NCBI GenBank assembly: GCA_035706525.1
Contig: DASSUY010000053.1
Span: 1-35,334 of the forward strand
Length of the DNA: 35,334 bases
Reading direction: 5' to 3'
Source: Steroidobacteraceae bacterium
Lineage (GTDB): Bacteria > Pseudomonadota > Gammaproteobacteria > Steroidobacterales > Steroidobacteraceae
Below are positions 1-8,698 of the stretch, piece by piece. The notes under the pieces are model-generated. The model did no database searches. It was not told the origin of the DNA and saw only the letters and a list, made by a program, of their open reading frames with translations. A program made the translations under genes and the position numbers. Each line of letters starts with the position of its first letter. Position 1 is the first letter of the stretch.

Positions 1-408
1 GCGCCGGAGCTGCGCGCCGATGCGCGGTTCTCGGAGCGGCTCGCCCGCATCCGCCACTACGAGGCGCTCGGCGCCGAGCTCGACCGGCGATTCCGCGCGC
101 GCCCGCTCGCGGACTGGGTGGACCGCCTGTCGGCCAACGACGTGCCCTTCGCGCCCATCAACGGCGTGGACGCGGTGGTCGAGGATCCGCAGGCGCGCCA
201 CCTCGGCCTGATCGTGCCGGTCGAGGCGGGCATCGAGGGCGGCCGCGAGGCCGTGCGCCCCGCCGTGCAGTTCGACGGGCGGCGCGCGACGTCGGTGCGC
301 GCGGCGCCCCTGCTCGACCAGCACGGCAAGGACATCCGGGCGGCGATCGCCGCCGGCCGCGGCTGGCCGGAAGCGGCGGCGGACACCGCCTGGCGGGCGG
401 CGGGGTGA
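1..408 (+). CDS. Class III (CaiB/BaiF family) CoA-transferase, C-terminal fragment; the 5' end lies outside the window
   Basis: Frame 1 is open from base 1 (APELRADARFSERLARIRHYEALGAELDRRF..ADWVDRLSANDVPFAPINGVDAVVEDPQARHLGL..). This resembles the C-terminal region of family III CoA-transferases. TGA at 406-408. Confidence 0.7.
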   Translation, partial: APELRADARFSERLARIRHYEALGAELDRRFRARPLADWVDRLSANDVPFAPINGVDAVVEDPQARHLGLIVPVEAGIEGGREAVRPAVQFDGRRATSVRAAPLLDQHGKDIRAAIAAGRGWPEAAADTAWRAAG

Positions 409-412
409 CGCC

Positions 413-1492
413 GTGAGCCGGCCAGTACGCGCGCTGCTGCCCACGACCCTCGTCGGCAGCATGCCGCAGCCGGACTGGCTGATCGACCGCGCGAAACTGG
501 CGGGCCGGTTCCCGCCGCGCGTACGCGCCCGCGAGCTCTGGCGGATCCCGCCCGCCCACCTGCAGGAAGCGCAGGACGACGCGACCGTCCTCGCGATCCG
601 CGCGCAGGAGGAAGCCGGCCTCGACATCGTCACGGACGGGGAGATCCGGCGCGAAAGCTACTCGAACCTCTTCGCGACGGCGCTCGAGGGCGTCGACCTC
701 GACAATCCCGGGACGGCGCTCGACCGCAGCGGCCACCCCGTGCCCGTGCCGCGCGTCACCGGGCCGATTCGCCGCCGCCACGCCGTCGGCGTGCGCGACC
801 TCGAGTTCCTGCTGCGCCACACGCAGCTGCCCGTGAAGGTGACGGTGCCGGGCCCCTTCACGATGTCGCAGCAGGCGCAGATCGACCATTACGGGGGCAG
901 CCGTCGGCTCGCCGCGGCGGATTACGCGGTCGCGCTGAACGCCGAGATCCGGGACCTATTCGCCGCCGGCGCGGACGTCGTGCAGATCGACGAGCCCTAC
1001 ATGCAGGCGCGGCCGGAGGAGGCGCGCGAATACGGCCTCGAGGCCCTCAACCGCGCCCTCGACGGCGTGCGCGGCACGACCGCGGTGCACATCTGCTTCG
1101 GGTACGCGGCGCTCATCCACTCGCGCGCCTCCGCCTACTCCTTCCTGCCGGAGCTGGCCGACTGCCGCTGCGACCAGGTCTCGCTCGAGACGGCGCAGCC
1201 GGACCTCGACTGCTACATCCTGCGCTCGCTCGGCGGCAAGAAGATCCTGCTCGGCACGCTCAACCTCGGCAGCGCCGAGGTGGAATCGCCGGGGACGGTC
1301 GCCGCCCGCATCCGGCGGGCGTTACCCTATGTCCGTCCGGAAGACCTGATCGTGGCGCCGGACTGCGGACTCAAGTACCTCGACAGGGACGTCGCGTACG
1401 GCAAGATCAAGGCGATGGTCATCGGGGCCGCCATCGTCCGCGCGGAGCTCGCGCGCTCGCCCGGCTCCCTCAAGGCCCGTTCGAACCCCTAA
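413..1492 (+). CDS. Cobalamin-independent methionine synthase (MetE C-terminal domain)-like Zn-dependent alkyltransferase family protein
   Basis: GTG start 4 nt after the upstream stop. N-terminal LPTTLVGSMPQP and DGEIRRESY motifs are present. Putative Zn ligands are retained: H-x-C in VHICFGYA and the Cys in APDCGLKY. The 359 aa length fits the short MetE-like family. Confidence 0.8.
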   Translation: MSRPVRALLPTTLVGSMPQPDWLIDRAKLAGRFPPRVRARELWRIPPAHLQEAQDDATVLAIRAQEEAGLDIVTDGEIRRESYSNLFATALEGVDLDNPGTALDRSGHPVPVPRVTGPIRRRHAVGVRDLEFLLRHTQLPVKVTVPGPFTMSQQAQIDHYGGSRRLAAADYAVALNAEIRDLFAAGADVVQIDEPYMQARPEEAREYGLEALNRALDGVRGTTAVHICFGYAALIHSRASAYSFLPELADCRCDQVSLETAQPDLDCYILRSLGGKKILLGTLNLGSAEVESPGTVAARIRRALPYVRPEDLIVAPDCGLKYLDRDVAYGKIKAMVIGAAIVRAELARSPGSLKARSNP

Positions 1493-1505
1493 CTCGGAGA
1501 CTCCC

Positions 1506-3698
1506 ATGTCCACATCCAGGGTGACCCGTGTCCCGACCGCCGTGGCCGCAGTCCTCGCCGCCAGCGTCGCGGTCCCGGCCATGGCGCAGAGCACGGAGAT
1601 GGAGGAGATCATCGTCACGGCGCGCAAGCGCGACGAGTCCTACCAGGACGTGCCGGTGACCATCAACGTCTTCACCGAGACGACGGTCAGGGACGCCGGC
1701 ATCTACAAGCCCGCCGACTTCATCCAGATGGTCCCGAACATGCAGCTCGTCGAGACCCAGAACGCGGGCAACGCCTTCGTGGTCATCCGGGGCATCTCGC
1801 AGGCGCGCAACAGCGAGCCGAGCGTCGCGGTGCAGGTGGACGGCGTCCTCGAGACCAATCCGGCGCAGTTCAACCAGGAGCTTTACGACATCGAGCAGAT
1901 CGAGGTCCTGAAGGGGCCGCAGGGCGCCCTCTACGGGCGCAACGCGATCGGCGGCGCGATCATCGTCACGACGAAGCCGCCGGCCAAGGAGTTCGAGGCG
2001 ACCGTCAAGGCGGGCTTCGGCAACGAGAACTCGATCCGCGGCCAGCTCGGCGTCAGCGGGCCGATCGGGAGCAACGCCGGCTACCGCGCCTCGATCAACT
2101 ACTACGAGACGGACGGCTTCCTCGACAACGTGTTCCTGAACGAGAAGGCCGACCCGGTCGAGGACCTCTCGGGCCGCGTGCGCTTCGTCTGGAGCCCGAG
2201 CGACAGCTTCACCGGCGACTTCCGCGTATCCTTCGACAACCTGTCGACGCGCGCGCTCTACTTCGACGTGCCGCGCGTCGACGAGGCGAATCCCTTCGGC
2301 GGCTACGTCGACGACGCCAACGACGTCCGCGAGCCGATCCAGCTCGACAACCCGGGCATCAACGACCGCGACCTGCTGAATGCCGCCCTCAAGCTCGACT
2401 TCGGCGTCGGCGAGGGCACGCTGACCTCCGTGACGCACTACAACTCGACGGAGGAGATCCTGACGGGCGATGCGTTCGACTTCCGGCCGGCGCCGAACTC
2501 GCTGTTCTTCGCGATACTCGGCTTCGACCTGAACCAGAGCCAGTTCCTCGACATCGAGAGCTACAGCCAGGAGATCCGCTACACCTCCCCCGCCGACCGC
2601 AAGGTGCGCTGGATCGCGGGCGCCTACTACGTGCACACCGACCGCTTCATCTCGACCGGCAACATGGTCGACGACGGCACCGGCGTCCGGCCGGTCTACC
2701 GGGAGCCGCGGCCCTTCACCGAGCCGAACCCGAGCGCGACCTTCCTCGCGGACTCGCAGGACAACGACGCCTGGGCCGTCTTCGCCAACGCGACATTCGA
2801 GCTGGGCGAGAAGACCGAGCTCGACGTCGCGCTCCGCTACGACGAGGACCGCCGCGAGAACACGACGGAGACGCCCGAGGAGTTCCTGCCGGCCGGCACG
2901 CCGCCGGGCTCGAGCGGCGAGGTGCGCGAGCACACCTGGAGCGAGCCGCAGCCGAAGTTCACGCTGCGCTACGAGCCGAGCGACAACACCACGATCTACG
3001 GCGGCTGGAGCCGCGGGTTCCGCAGCGGCGGCTTCAACCAGACCGGCGTGGGCGCCGTCGCGGACGCCTCCGGCATCGCCGGGGTGAACGACCTCTTCAA
3101 CGCCGAGGTGGCCGAGACCTGGGAGCTCGGGATCAAGTCCACGGTCGCGGACGGGCGCCTCCGCCTCGGCGCCACCGGCTTCTACACCGACTCGGAGAAC
3201 GGGTACTTCTTCGTGTTCCTGGCCGCCAACTCCACCCAGAACCTCGGCAACCTCGACGCCCGCTACAAGGGCTTCGAGCTCGAGGCCAACTGGCAGGCGC
3301 TCGACAGCCTGAACCTCTACGCGAGCTACGGCTACACCGACAGCTCCATCACGGGCATGGAGGACCCGAGCGTCATCGGCAACGAGGCGCCGCTCGTGTC
3401 GCAGAACACGGCGAACGTCGGCGCCCAGTACACGGTGCCCGTCGGCGCGCTGAACCTCATGTTCCGCGTCGACTACCGGCACACGGGCCGCACCTGGTGG
3501 GAGCCCTACAACACGACCTCGCGCGACCCGATCGACCTCGTGGACGCGCGCGCGTCGCTCGGAGGCGAGCGCTGGACGGCGACGCTCTGGGGCAAGAACG
3601 TCACGGACGAGAAGTATAATGCCGAGTTCTCGCCGGGCGGGTTCCTGTTCAAGGCGCTGCCCGCCCGCTACGGGATCGAATTCGACTACAGGTTCTGA
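1506..3698 (+). CDS. TonB-dependent outer-membrane receptor
   Basis: Signal peptide ends ..VPAMAQS. Plug region reads EEIIVTARKRDESYQDVPVTINVF and EVLKGPQGALYGRNAIGGAI. A long beta-barrel ends in YGIEFDYRF (terminal Phe). GGAGA SD at 1496-1500. Confidence 0.9.
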   Translation: MSTSRVTRVPTAVAAVLAASVAVPAMAQSTEMEEIIVTARKRDESYQDVPVTINVFTETTVRDAGIYKPADFIQMVPNMQLVETQNAGNAFVVIRGISQARNSEPSVAVQVDGVLETNPAQFNQELYDIEQIEVLKGPQGALYGRNAIGGAIIVTTKPPAKEFEATVKAGFGNENSIRGQLGVSGPIGSNAGYRASINYYETDGFLDNVFLNEKADPVEDLSGRVRFVWSPSDSFTGDFRVSFDNLSTRALYFDVPRVDEANPFGGYVDDANDVREPIQLDNPGINDRDLLNAALKLDFGVGEGTLTSVTHYNSTEEILTGDAFDFRPAPNSLFFAILGFDLNQSQFLDIESYSQEIRYTSPADRKVRWIAGAYYVHTDRFISTGNMVDDGTGVRPVYREPRPFTEPNPSATFLADSQDNDAWAVFANATFELGEKTELDVALRYDEDRRENTTETPEEFLPAGTPPGSSGEVREHTWSEPQPKFTLRYEPSDNTTIYGGWSRGFRSGGFNQTGVGAVADASGIAGVNDLFNAEVAETWELGIKSTVADGRLRLGATGFYTDSENGYFFVFLAANSTQNLGNLDARYKGFELEANWQALDSLNLYASYGYTDSSITGMEDPSVIGNEAPLVSQNTANVGAQYTVPVGALNLMFRVDYRHTGRTWWEPYNTTSRDPIDLVDARASLGGERWTATLWGKNVTDEKYNAEFSPGGFLFKALPARYGIEFDYRF

Positions 3699-3711
3699 CC
3701 GGAGGACGGAC

Positions 3712-4248
3712 ATGGCGACGCAGGCGAAGCTGCCGACGAGGCTGCACCACAACGCGTACGTCTCGAGGGACCTCGAGGCGACGCGGAAATTCTACGAGGA
3801 CGTGATCGGGTTGCCGCTGCTCGCGACCTGGTGCGAGAAGGACGTGCTGTTCGGGGCGGAGCGGACCTACTGCCACTGCTTCTTCGGCCTCGCCGACGGC
3901 GGCGCCCTCGCCTTCTTCCAGTTCGCCGACCCGAAGGACGCCGAGCAGTTCGGGCCCAAGATGCCGTTCACGCCCTTCCACCACATCGCGCTGCACGTCG
4001 ACCAGGAGACCCAGGACGGCATCGAGAAGCGGCTGAAGGCCGCGGGATACAAGGAGCCGCAGTCCTTCGTGCTCGAGCACGGCTACTGCCGGTCCGTGTA
4101 CGCGACCGACCCGAACGGCATGATCGTCGAGTTCACGCGCGACCACCCGGACGTCGAGAAGATCGGCGCGGCGCGGCGCAAGGACGCGCATTCGGAGCTG
4201 AAGCGCTGGCTCGCCGGGGACCACCGCTCCAACAACACCTATCGATGA
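3712..4248 (+). CDS. VOC family protein (glyoxalase/bleomycin-resistance/extradiol-dioxygenase fold)
   Basis: Motifs HHNAYVSRDLEATRKFYEDVIGLPL, HHIALHV and YATDPNGMIVEF. GGAGGA SD at 3701-3706. I chose the internal ATG at 3712 because bases 3619-3698 of the track ORF overlap the receptor C-terminus. Confidence 0.8.
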   Translation: MATQAKLPTRLHHNAYVSRDLEATRKFYEDVIGLPLLATWCEKDVLFGAERTYCHCFFGLADGGALAFFQFADPKDAEQFGPKMPFTPFHHIALHVDQETQDGIEKRLKAAGYKEPQSFVLEHGYCRSVYATDPNGMIVEFTRDHPDVEKIGAARRKDAHSELKRWLAGDHRSNNTYR

Positions 4249-5387
4249 GGGCGAGCGCCGGCCGCATCCTGACGACCCACGTCGGCAGCCTGCCGCGCTC
4301 GGAGGCGGTAACCGACGTGCTGTTCGGCCGCGAGCGCGGGGACATCGCCGACCCGGCCGCGGCCGCGGCCGTGATCCGGGACGCCGTCGCCGAGGTCGTG
4401 GAGCGCCAGGTCCGGACCGGGATCGACGTCGTCAGCGACGGCGAGACCAGCAAGATCAGCTACGCCACCTACATCGCCGACCGCTTCGCCGGGTTCGGCG
4501 GCGACACGCCGCGCGAGCCCGGCCAGGACCTCGTGGAGTTCCCGCGCTTCATGGCGAAGCTCGCCGCCAGCGGCGCGACCGCGAAGTACCGGCGGCCGCG
4601 CTGCGTGGGCGAGATCGCGCTGAAGGACTCGCGCCCGCTCGAGACCGACCTCGCCAACTTCCGCCGCGCTGTGGACGCCGCGAAGCCCGGCGAGGCGTTC
4701 ATGAACGCGGCCTCGCCCGGCGTGCTCGCGCTGTTCCAGCCGAACGACTGGTACCCGACGCAGGACGCCTACCTCGAGGCGCTCGGCGAGGCGATGCGGG
4801 CCGAGTACGAGGCGATCGTGGGCGCCGGGTTCCTGCTGCAGGTCGACGCGCCGGATTTCGGGATGGGGCGCCACACGATGTACCGCAGCGCGAGCGCCGG
4901 GGAGTACCTCTCCGCCGCGGCGCGGCACGTCGAGGTCCTGAACCACGCCCTGCGGAACCTGCCGGCCGACCGCATGCGCATGCACATCTGCTGGGGCAAC
5001 TACGAGGGGCCCCACCACCACGACATCCCGCTCGAGCAGCTGCTGCCGGTCGTGGTCAAGGCGAAGCCGCAGGCCCTGCTGTTCGAGGCCGCGAATCCGC
5101 GGCACGCTCACGAGTGGTCCGTCTTCACGCGGCTGCGCGTCCCGGAGCACAAGGTCCTCGTGCCCGGCGTCCTCAGCACGACCACGAACTACGTCGAGCA
5201 CCCGGAGCTCGTGGCCGAGCGCATCCTGCGGTTCGCGGACATCGTCGGCCGCGAGCGCGTGATTGCCGGCACCGACTGCGGCTTCGGCACTTTCGGCGGC
5301 TTCGGCCCGGTCGACCCGGACATCGTGTGGATGAAGCTCGGCTCGCTCGTCGAGGGGGCGCGGATCGCGAGCAGCCGGCTATTCTGA
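4245..5387 (+). CDS. Second MetE-like (cobalamin-independent methionine synthase II family) Zn protein
   Basis: The ATG at 4245 overlaps the VOC stop (ATGA). Motifs ILTTHVGSLPRS and DGETSKISY are present. H-x-C occurs in MHICWGNYEG and a Cys in GTDCGFG. It is a distant paralog of 413..1492. Confidence 0.8.
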   Translation: MRASAGRILTTHVGSLPRSEAVTDVLFGRERGDIADPAAAAAVIRDAVAEVVERQVRTGIDVVSDGETSKISYATYIADRFAGFGGDTPREPGQDLVEFPRFMAKLAASGATAKYRRPRCVGEIALKDSRPLETDLANFRRAVDAAKPGEAFMNAASPGVLALFQPNDWYPTQDAYLEALGEAMRAEYEAIVGAGFLLQVDAPDFGMGRHTMYRSASAGEYLSAAARHVEVLNHALRNLPADRMRMHICWGNYEGPHHHDIPLEQLLPVVVKAKPQALLFEAANPRHAHEWSVFTRLRVPEHKVLVPGVLSTTTNYVEHPELVAERILRFADIVGRERVIAGTDCGFGTFGGFGPVDPDIVWMKLGSLVEGARIASSRLF

Positions 5388-5409
5388 AGGCGCTCGCCGC
5401 CCGCCGGCT

Positions 5410-7878
5410 TCAGTCGGCGCGGCCGAGCGCCATCCGGCAGGCCTCGACTTCGCCCGGCGCCGGGCCGGCCGCCGCCTCTCCCCGCCAGTTCGCCCCCAGC
5501 GCGGCGGCCAGCAGGCCCTCGAGCGCGACCCGCACGCAGGCCGCGGCGGGCCTCCGGCGCGACTGCCCATGGCGAAGGTTGGCGGCATCCGACGACGCGG
5601 CGATGCGCGCGGCGACCGCGGGGTTCCCGTCGAGGGCCGCGAGCAGCCCCATCGCGTCGAGCGCGAGGTAGAGCTTCCCCGTGTCCTGGCGCGCCGCGAG
5701 ATCCAGGATCTCGACCGCCACCGCGTGCGCCTCCGCCGCCTCGCCGGCGAGCAGGAGCGCGCCCAGCAACAGCGCGAGGACTTCCATGCGCGTCTCGCGG
5801 CGGCCCGCGTAGCGCAGGCTGGTCGCGAGCGGGCGCGCGAGCTGCAGCGCGCCGGACAGCGAGCCCGAAGCGATGTCGAGCTCGACGATGCTGGCGGCGG
5901 CGGCGAGCGACTGGCGCTCGCTGGTCGCGACGGCGCGGTCGAGCGCGCGGCGGTACGCGTCGCGCGCATCCGCGTACCGCCCCGCGTCCGTCAGGATCGC
6001 GCCTTCGACCAGCGCGCCGTGCGCGAGGAGCCGCGCCGGCCAGGACGCCTGCTCGAGGCGGCGCGCGGCCGCGAGCGCGCGACCGGCGGACTCCGGGTCG
6101 TCGCGGCCGTTCAGCGCGGCCTGCAGCAGCGCGTAGCACTCGGAGCGCGCGTCCCCGGCGGCCGCGTGCAGCTGCGCCGCGAGCTCCGCCGCATAGCGCG
6201 CGCGGTCCACCTGGCGCTCGGAGTCGTAAGTCGCGACCGCCTCCCAGAACCGCGCGACGCGGGCGCCCGGCGCGGCGCCGGCCAGGAGCGCCACGGCCTC
6301 CTCGTGCGCGACGCGCGCCTCGGACTGCAGGTCCGCCTCCACGAAGAGCGGCCATGCCGAGCCGTGCAGCGCGACCGCGAGCTCGCGGTCATTCCGGCGC
6401 GCCCAGGCGAGCGCCGCGCGCAGGTTGTCGATCTCCGGCTCGTGCCTCTGCAGCCAGACCGCCTCGTCCACGCGCCAGTACTCCTCGTAGGCGCGATCGA
6501 GGATCTCCAGCATCGCGAGCGCGAGCCGTCGGTCGGCGTCCGCCTCGAGGCCCTCCGCCCTCAGCCGGTCGCGGGCGTAGCAGCGCGCGGTCTCCAGCAG
6601 CGCGTAGCGCGGCGGGTCGCCCGCCGCCATCGAGACGAAGGAGCGGTCGACCAGCCGGCCGATCAGGTCCATCGCGCTCGCCGTGTCGATGTCCTCGTCC
6701 ACCACGGCGCGGGCACCCGCCTCCAGCGTGAAGCTGGACGCGAAGCCGCCGAGGCGCCAGAAGACGCGCTGCTCCGGCGGGCTGAGGAGCCCGTGGCTCC
6801 AGTCGAACGCCGCCTGCAGCACGCCGTGCCGCGGTTCGTCGGTGGCGCCGGCGACCTTCAGGAGGCGGAAGCGGTCGTCGAGGTTCGCGAGGAGCGCCGC
6901 GAGGCCGAAGGACGCGACGCGCGCGGCGGCGAGCTCGACCGCGAGCGGATTCCCGTCGAGGCGCCGGCAGATCTCGCCCGCGAGGGCCGCCTGGTCGGCG
7001 TCCATCCGGAATCGCTGGTCCGCCTGCCGGGCACGGCGCTCGAAGAGCTCGACCGCGTCGGCCGTCGGCAACGGGCCGAGCCGATGGAGGCATTCTCCGG
7101 TGCGCCCGAGCGGGACCTGGCTGGTCACCAGCAGGCGCAGTCGCGGCGCGCCGCCGACGAGGCGGAAGAGCGGCGTCGCGAGCGCAGGCGCGAGGTGTTC
7201 CACGCCGTCGAGCACGAGCAGGAGCTCGGCAACCGCCAGTGCCCCGATGAGCGCGGCGAAGCGCTCCGCACTCTCGGGCAGCGGGAGCCCGAGCGACAGG
7301 GCGATGGCGGACGGCAGGTGCTCCGCCGCCGCCAGCGGTTCGACGGGCACGACGACGGCCTGCCGGCCCTCCTCCTGTGCTCTCGCCGCCAGTTCGCGCG
7401 CGAGGCGAGACTTGCCGACGCCCGCCGCGCCGACGAGCGTGACCAGGCGTTCCCGATCGAGCGCCGCCGCCAGCGCTTCGAGGTCCGCCGCGCGGCCCAC
7501 GAGCGGATCGAGCCGCAACGGGCCGGCGGCCTCGGCCGGCTGCGCGATCGGGGGGCCCCCTTCGCCCGACTCGTCCCCGGAGGCCCGCGAGACCGGCAGG
7601 TCGAGCCGGTACCCGAACCGCGGGACCGTCCGGATGGCGGCCGCGCCCAGGATCCGGCGGAGGCTCGCGACCTGCGCCGGCAGGTTGTTCTCGTCGACCA
7701 CGAGACGGGGCCAGACCCGTTCCAGCAGGGTCGCCTTCGTCACGAGGCGCCCCGGGTTCTCGGCGAGCACGAGCAGGAGGTCGAAGGCGCGCGCCCCGAG
7801 TTCGACGGGCTTGCCGTCGGCGCAAAGCAGGCGTTCGCCCGGAAACGCGGTGAAGGGGCCGATCCGTATCCGGTCCAT
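5410..7878 (-). CDS. Transcriptional regulator with an N-terminal OmpR/CadC-type winged helix, a central STAND/AAA ATPase and a C-terminal TPR-like helical-repeat domain
   Basis: The N-terminus (FDLLLVLAENPGRLVTKATLLERVWP..DENNLPAQVASLRRIL..PRFGYRL) looks like a Trans_reg_C-type wHTH. Walker A is LVGAAGVGKS and a Walker B-like motif is LLLVLDGVEH. About 450 aa of Ala/Leu/Arg-rich helical repeats follow. Confidence 0.8.
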   Translation of the reverse strand: MDRIRIGPFTAFPGERLLCADGKPVELGARAFDLLLVLAENPGRLVTKATLLERVWPRLVVDENNLPAQVASLRRILGAAAIRTVPRFGYRLDLPVSRASGDESGEGGPPIAQPAEAAGPLRLDPLVGRAADLEALAAALDRERLVTLVGAAGVGKSRLARELAARAQEEGRQAVVVPVEPLAAAEHLPSAIALSLGLPLPESAERFAALIGALAVAELLLVLDGVEHLAPALATPLFRLVGGAPRLRLLVTSQVPLGRTGECLHRLGPLPTADAVELFERRARQADQRFRMDADQAALAGEICRRLDGNPLAVELAAARVASFGLAALLANLDDRFRLLKVAGATDEPRHGVLQAAFDWSHGLLSPPEQRVFWRLGGFASSFTLEAGARAVVDEDIDTASAMDLIGRLVDRSFVSMAAGDPPRYALLETARCYARDRLRAEGLEADADRRLALAMLEILDRAYEEYWRVDEAVWLQRHEPEIDNLRAALAWARRNDRELAVALHGSAWPLFVEADLQSEARVAHEEAVALLAGAAPGARVARFWEAVATYDSERQVDRARYAAELAAQLHAAAGDARSECYALLQAALNGRDDPESAGRALAAARRLEQASWPARLLAHGALVEGAILTDAGRYADARDAYRRALDRAVATSERQSLAAAASIVELDIASGSLSGALQLARPLATSLRYAGRRETRMEVLALLLGALLLAGEAAEAHAVAVEILDLAARQDTGKLYLALDAMGLLAALDGNPAVAARIAASSDAANLRHGQSRRRPAAACVRVALEGLLAAALGANWRGEAAAGPAPGEVEACRMALGRAD

Positions 7879-7978
7879 TCAGTGACGCTTTAGAATAATT
7901 TCAGGCCGGATTCAAGACGCCCGGCCGGCCGGCCATCACCATCGCCGCCAGCCGATGACATTCCAAGGGGAGAGCCAC

Positions 7979-8251
7979 ATGCCGAAGTTCGTGATCGAAA
8001 GGGACATCCCGGGCGCCGGGCAGTTGAGCGCAGCGGAACTCAAGAAGATCTCGCAGAAATCCTGCGGCGTCCTCAGCAGCCTCGGGCCTGCCGTCCAGTG
8101 GATCCACAGCTACGTGACGGCGGACCGCATCTACTGCATCTACCACGCGGCGGACGAGTCGCTCGTGATGCGCCACGCCGAGCTCGGCGGCTTCCCGGCC
8201 AACCGGATCTCGCGCGTGTACACCATGATCGACCCCGCCACCGCGGAGTAG
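7979..8251 (+). CDS. DUF4242 (SCO4226-like, ferredoxin-like fold) family protein, cytoplasmic
   Basis: MPKFVIERDIPGAGQLSAAELKKISQKSCGVLSSLGPAVQWIHSYVTADRIYCIYHAADESLVMRHAELGGFPANRI matches the pattern I recall for DUF4242. AAGGGGAG SD lies just upstream. The ATG at 7979 is preferred over 7955. Confidence 0.75.
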   Translation: MPKFVIERDIPGAGQLSAAELKKISQKSCGVLSSLGPAVQWIHSYVTADRIYCIYHAADESLVMRHAELGGFPANRISRVYTMIDPATAE

Positions 8252-8330
8252 CCGCCTTCGCCTTCGGCACGTGGCGTGTCCCCGGTCATCGGCGACCAGA
8301 GACCTGAAACGAAACGAATCGGAGGCGAAC

Positions 8331-8681
8331 ATGAAGACGAAGACCCTGGCGGCGCTCGCGCCGCTCTTCCTGGCGGCCCGCGCGTTCGCGGGCGACGCGG
8401 CGGCCGGCGCGCACGAGCCCGCGCAGAACCACCGCTACCTGATCGAGCGCACCTTCCCCGCCGGCGCGCTGGACGGCCTCGACGAGGCGACCAAGGCGAA
8501 GGTGAACGCGAACAACGCCTCGGTCGGCGTCAACTGGGTCAAGTCCTACGCCAACGCGGACAGGACCAAGACCTTCTGCATCTACGAAGGCCCGAGCGAG
8601 GAAGCGGTGCGACAGGCCGCGGCGCTCAACCAGCTTCCGGTCGACAGCATCGTCGAGGTGCCGGTCGACCTCACGCCGTAA
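8331..8681 (+). CDS. DUF4242-like protein with an N-terminal signal peptide (exported paralog)
   Basis: Signal peptide MKTKTLAALAPLFLAARAFAGDA is followed by YLIERTFPAGAL..VNWVKSYANADRTKTFCIYEGPSEEAVRQAAALNQLP, which parallels the preceding gene. GGAGG SD precedes the ATG at 8331. Confidence 0.7.
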   Translation: MKTKTLAALAPLFLAARAFAGDAAAGAHEPAQNHRYLIERTFPAGALDGLDEATKAKVNANNASVGVNWVKSYANADRTKTFCIYEGPSEEAVRQAAALNQLPVDSIVEVPVDLTP

Positions 8682-8698
8682 AGCCAGGGAGGGAGGCC

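Noticed and set aside
3619-3711. Longer N-terminal versions of several track ORFs: 3619 for VOC, 3831 for MetE-like 2, 8271 and 8276 for the DUF4242-operon genes, 19257 for dgcA, 23998 for dgcN, 31584 for PRC-barrel and 31807 for the Gre-like factor.
   Set aside because: The extra segments overlap the 3' ends of upstream genes and are Arg/Pro-rich. Internal starts have SD sequences and give N-termini typical of the families.
1470-3752. 760-aa minus-strand ORF fully antisense to the first TonB-dependent receptor. The same pattern recurs at 5569..7893 (+), 15184..17118 (+), 17701..19728 (-), 19749..21857 (-), 21902..24373 (-), 32267..33412 (-) and 33893..35332 (-).
   Set aside because: The translations are dominated by Arg/Ala/Gly/Pro/Asp/Val runs with no recognisable motifs. 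Each lies opposite an ORF with clear family signatures. Long open antisense frames are expected in very GC-rich DNA because stop codons are AT-rich.
5410-7878. STAND ATPase as an antiviral Avs-type defence protein
   Set aside because: The N-terminal module is an OmpR/CadC-type DNA-binding winged helix, not a nuclease, protease or other effector. No other defence-like genes, mobile-element genes or compositional island surround it. A transcription-factor role is more parsimonious.
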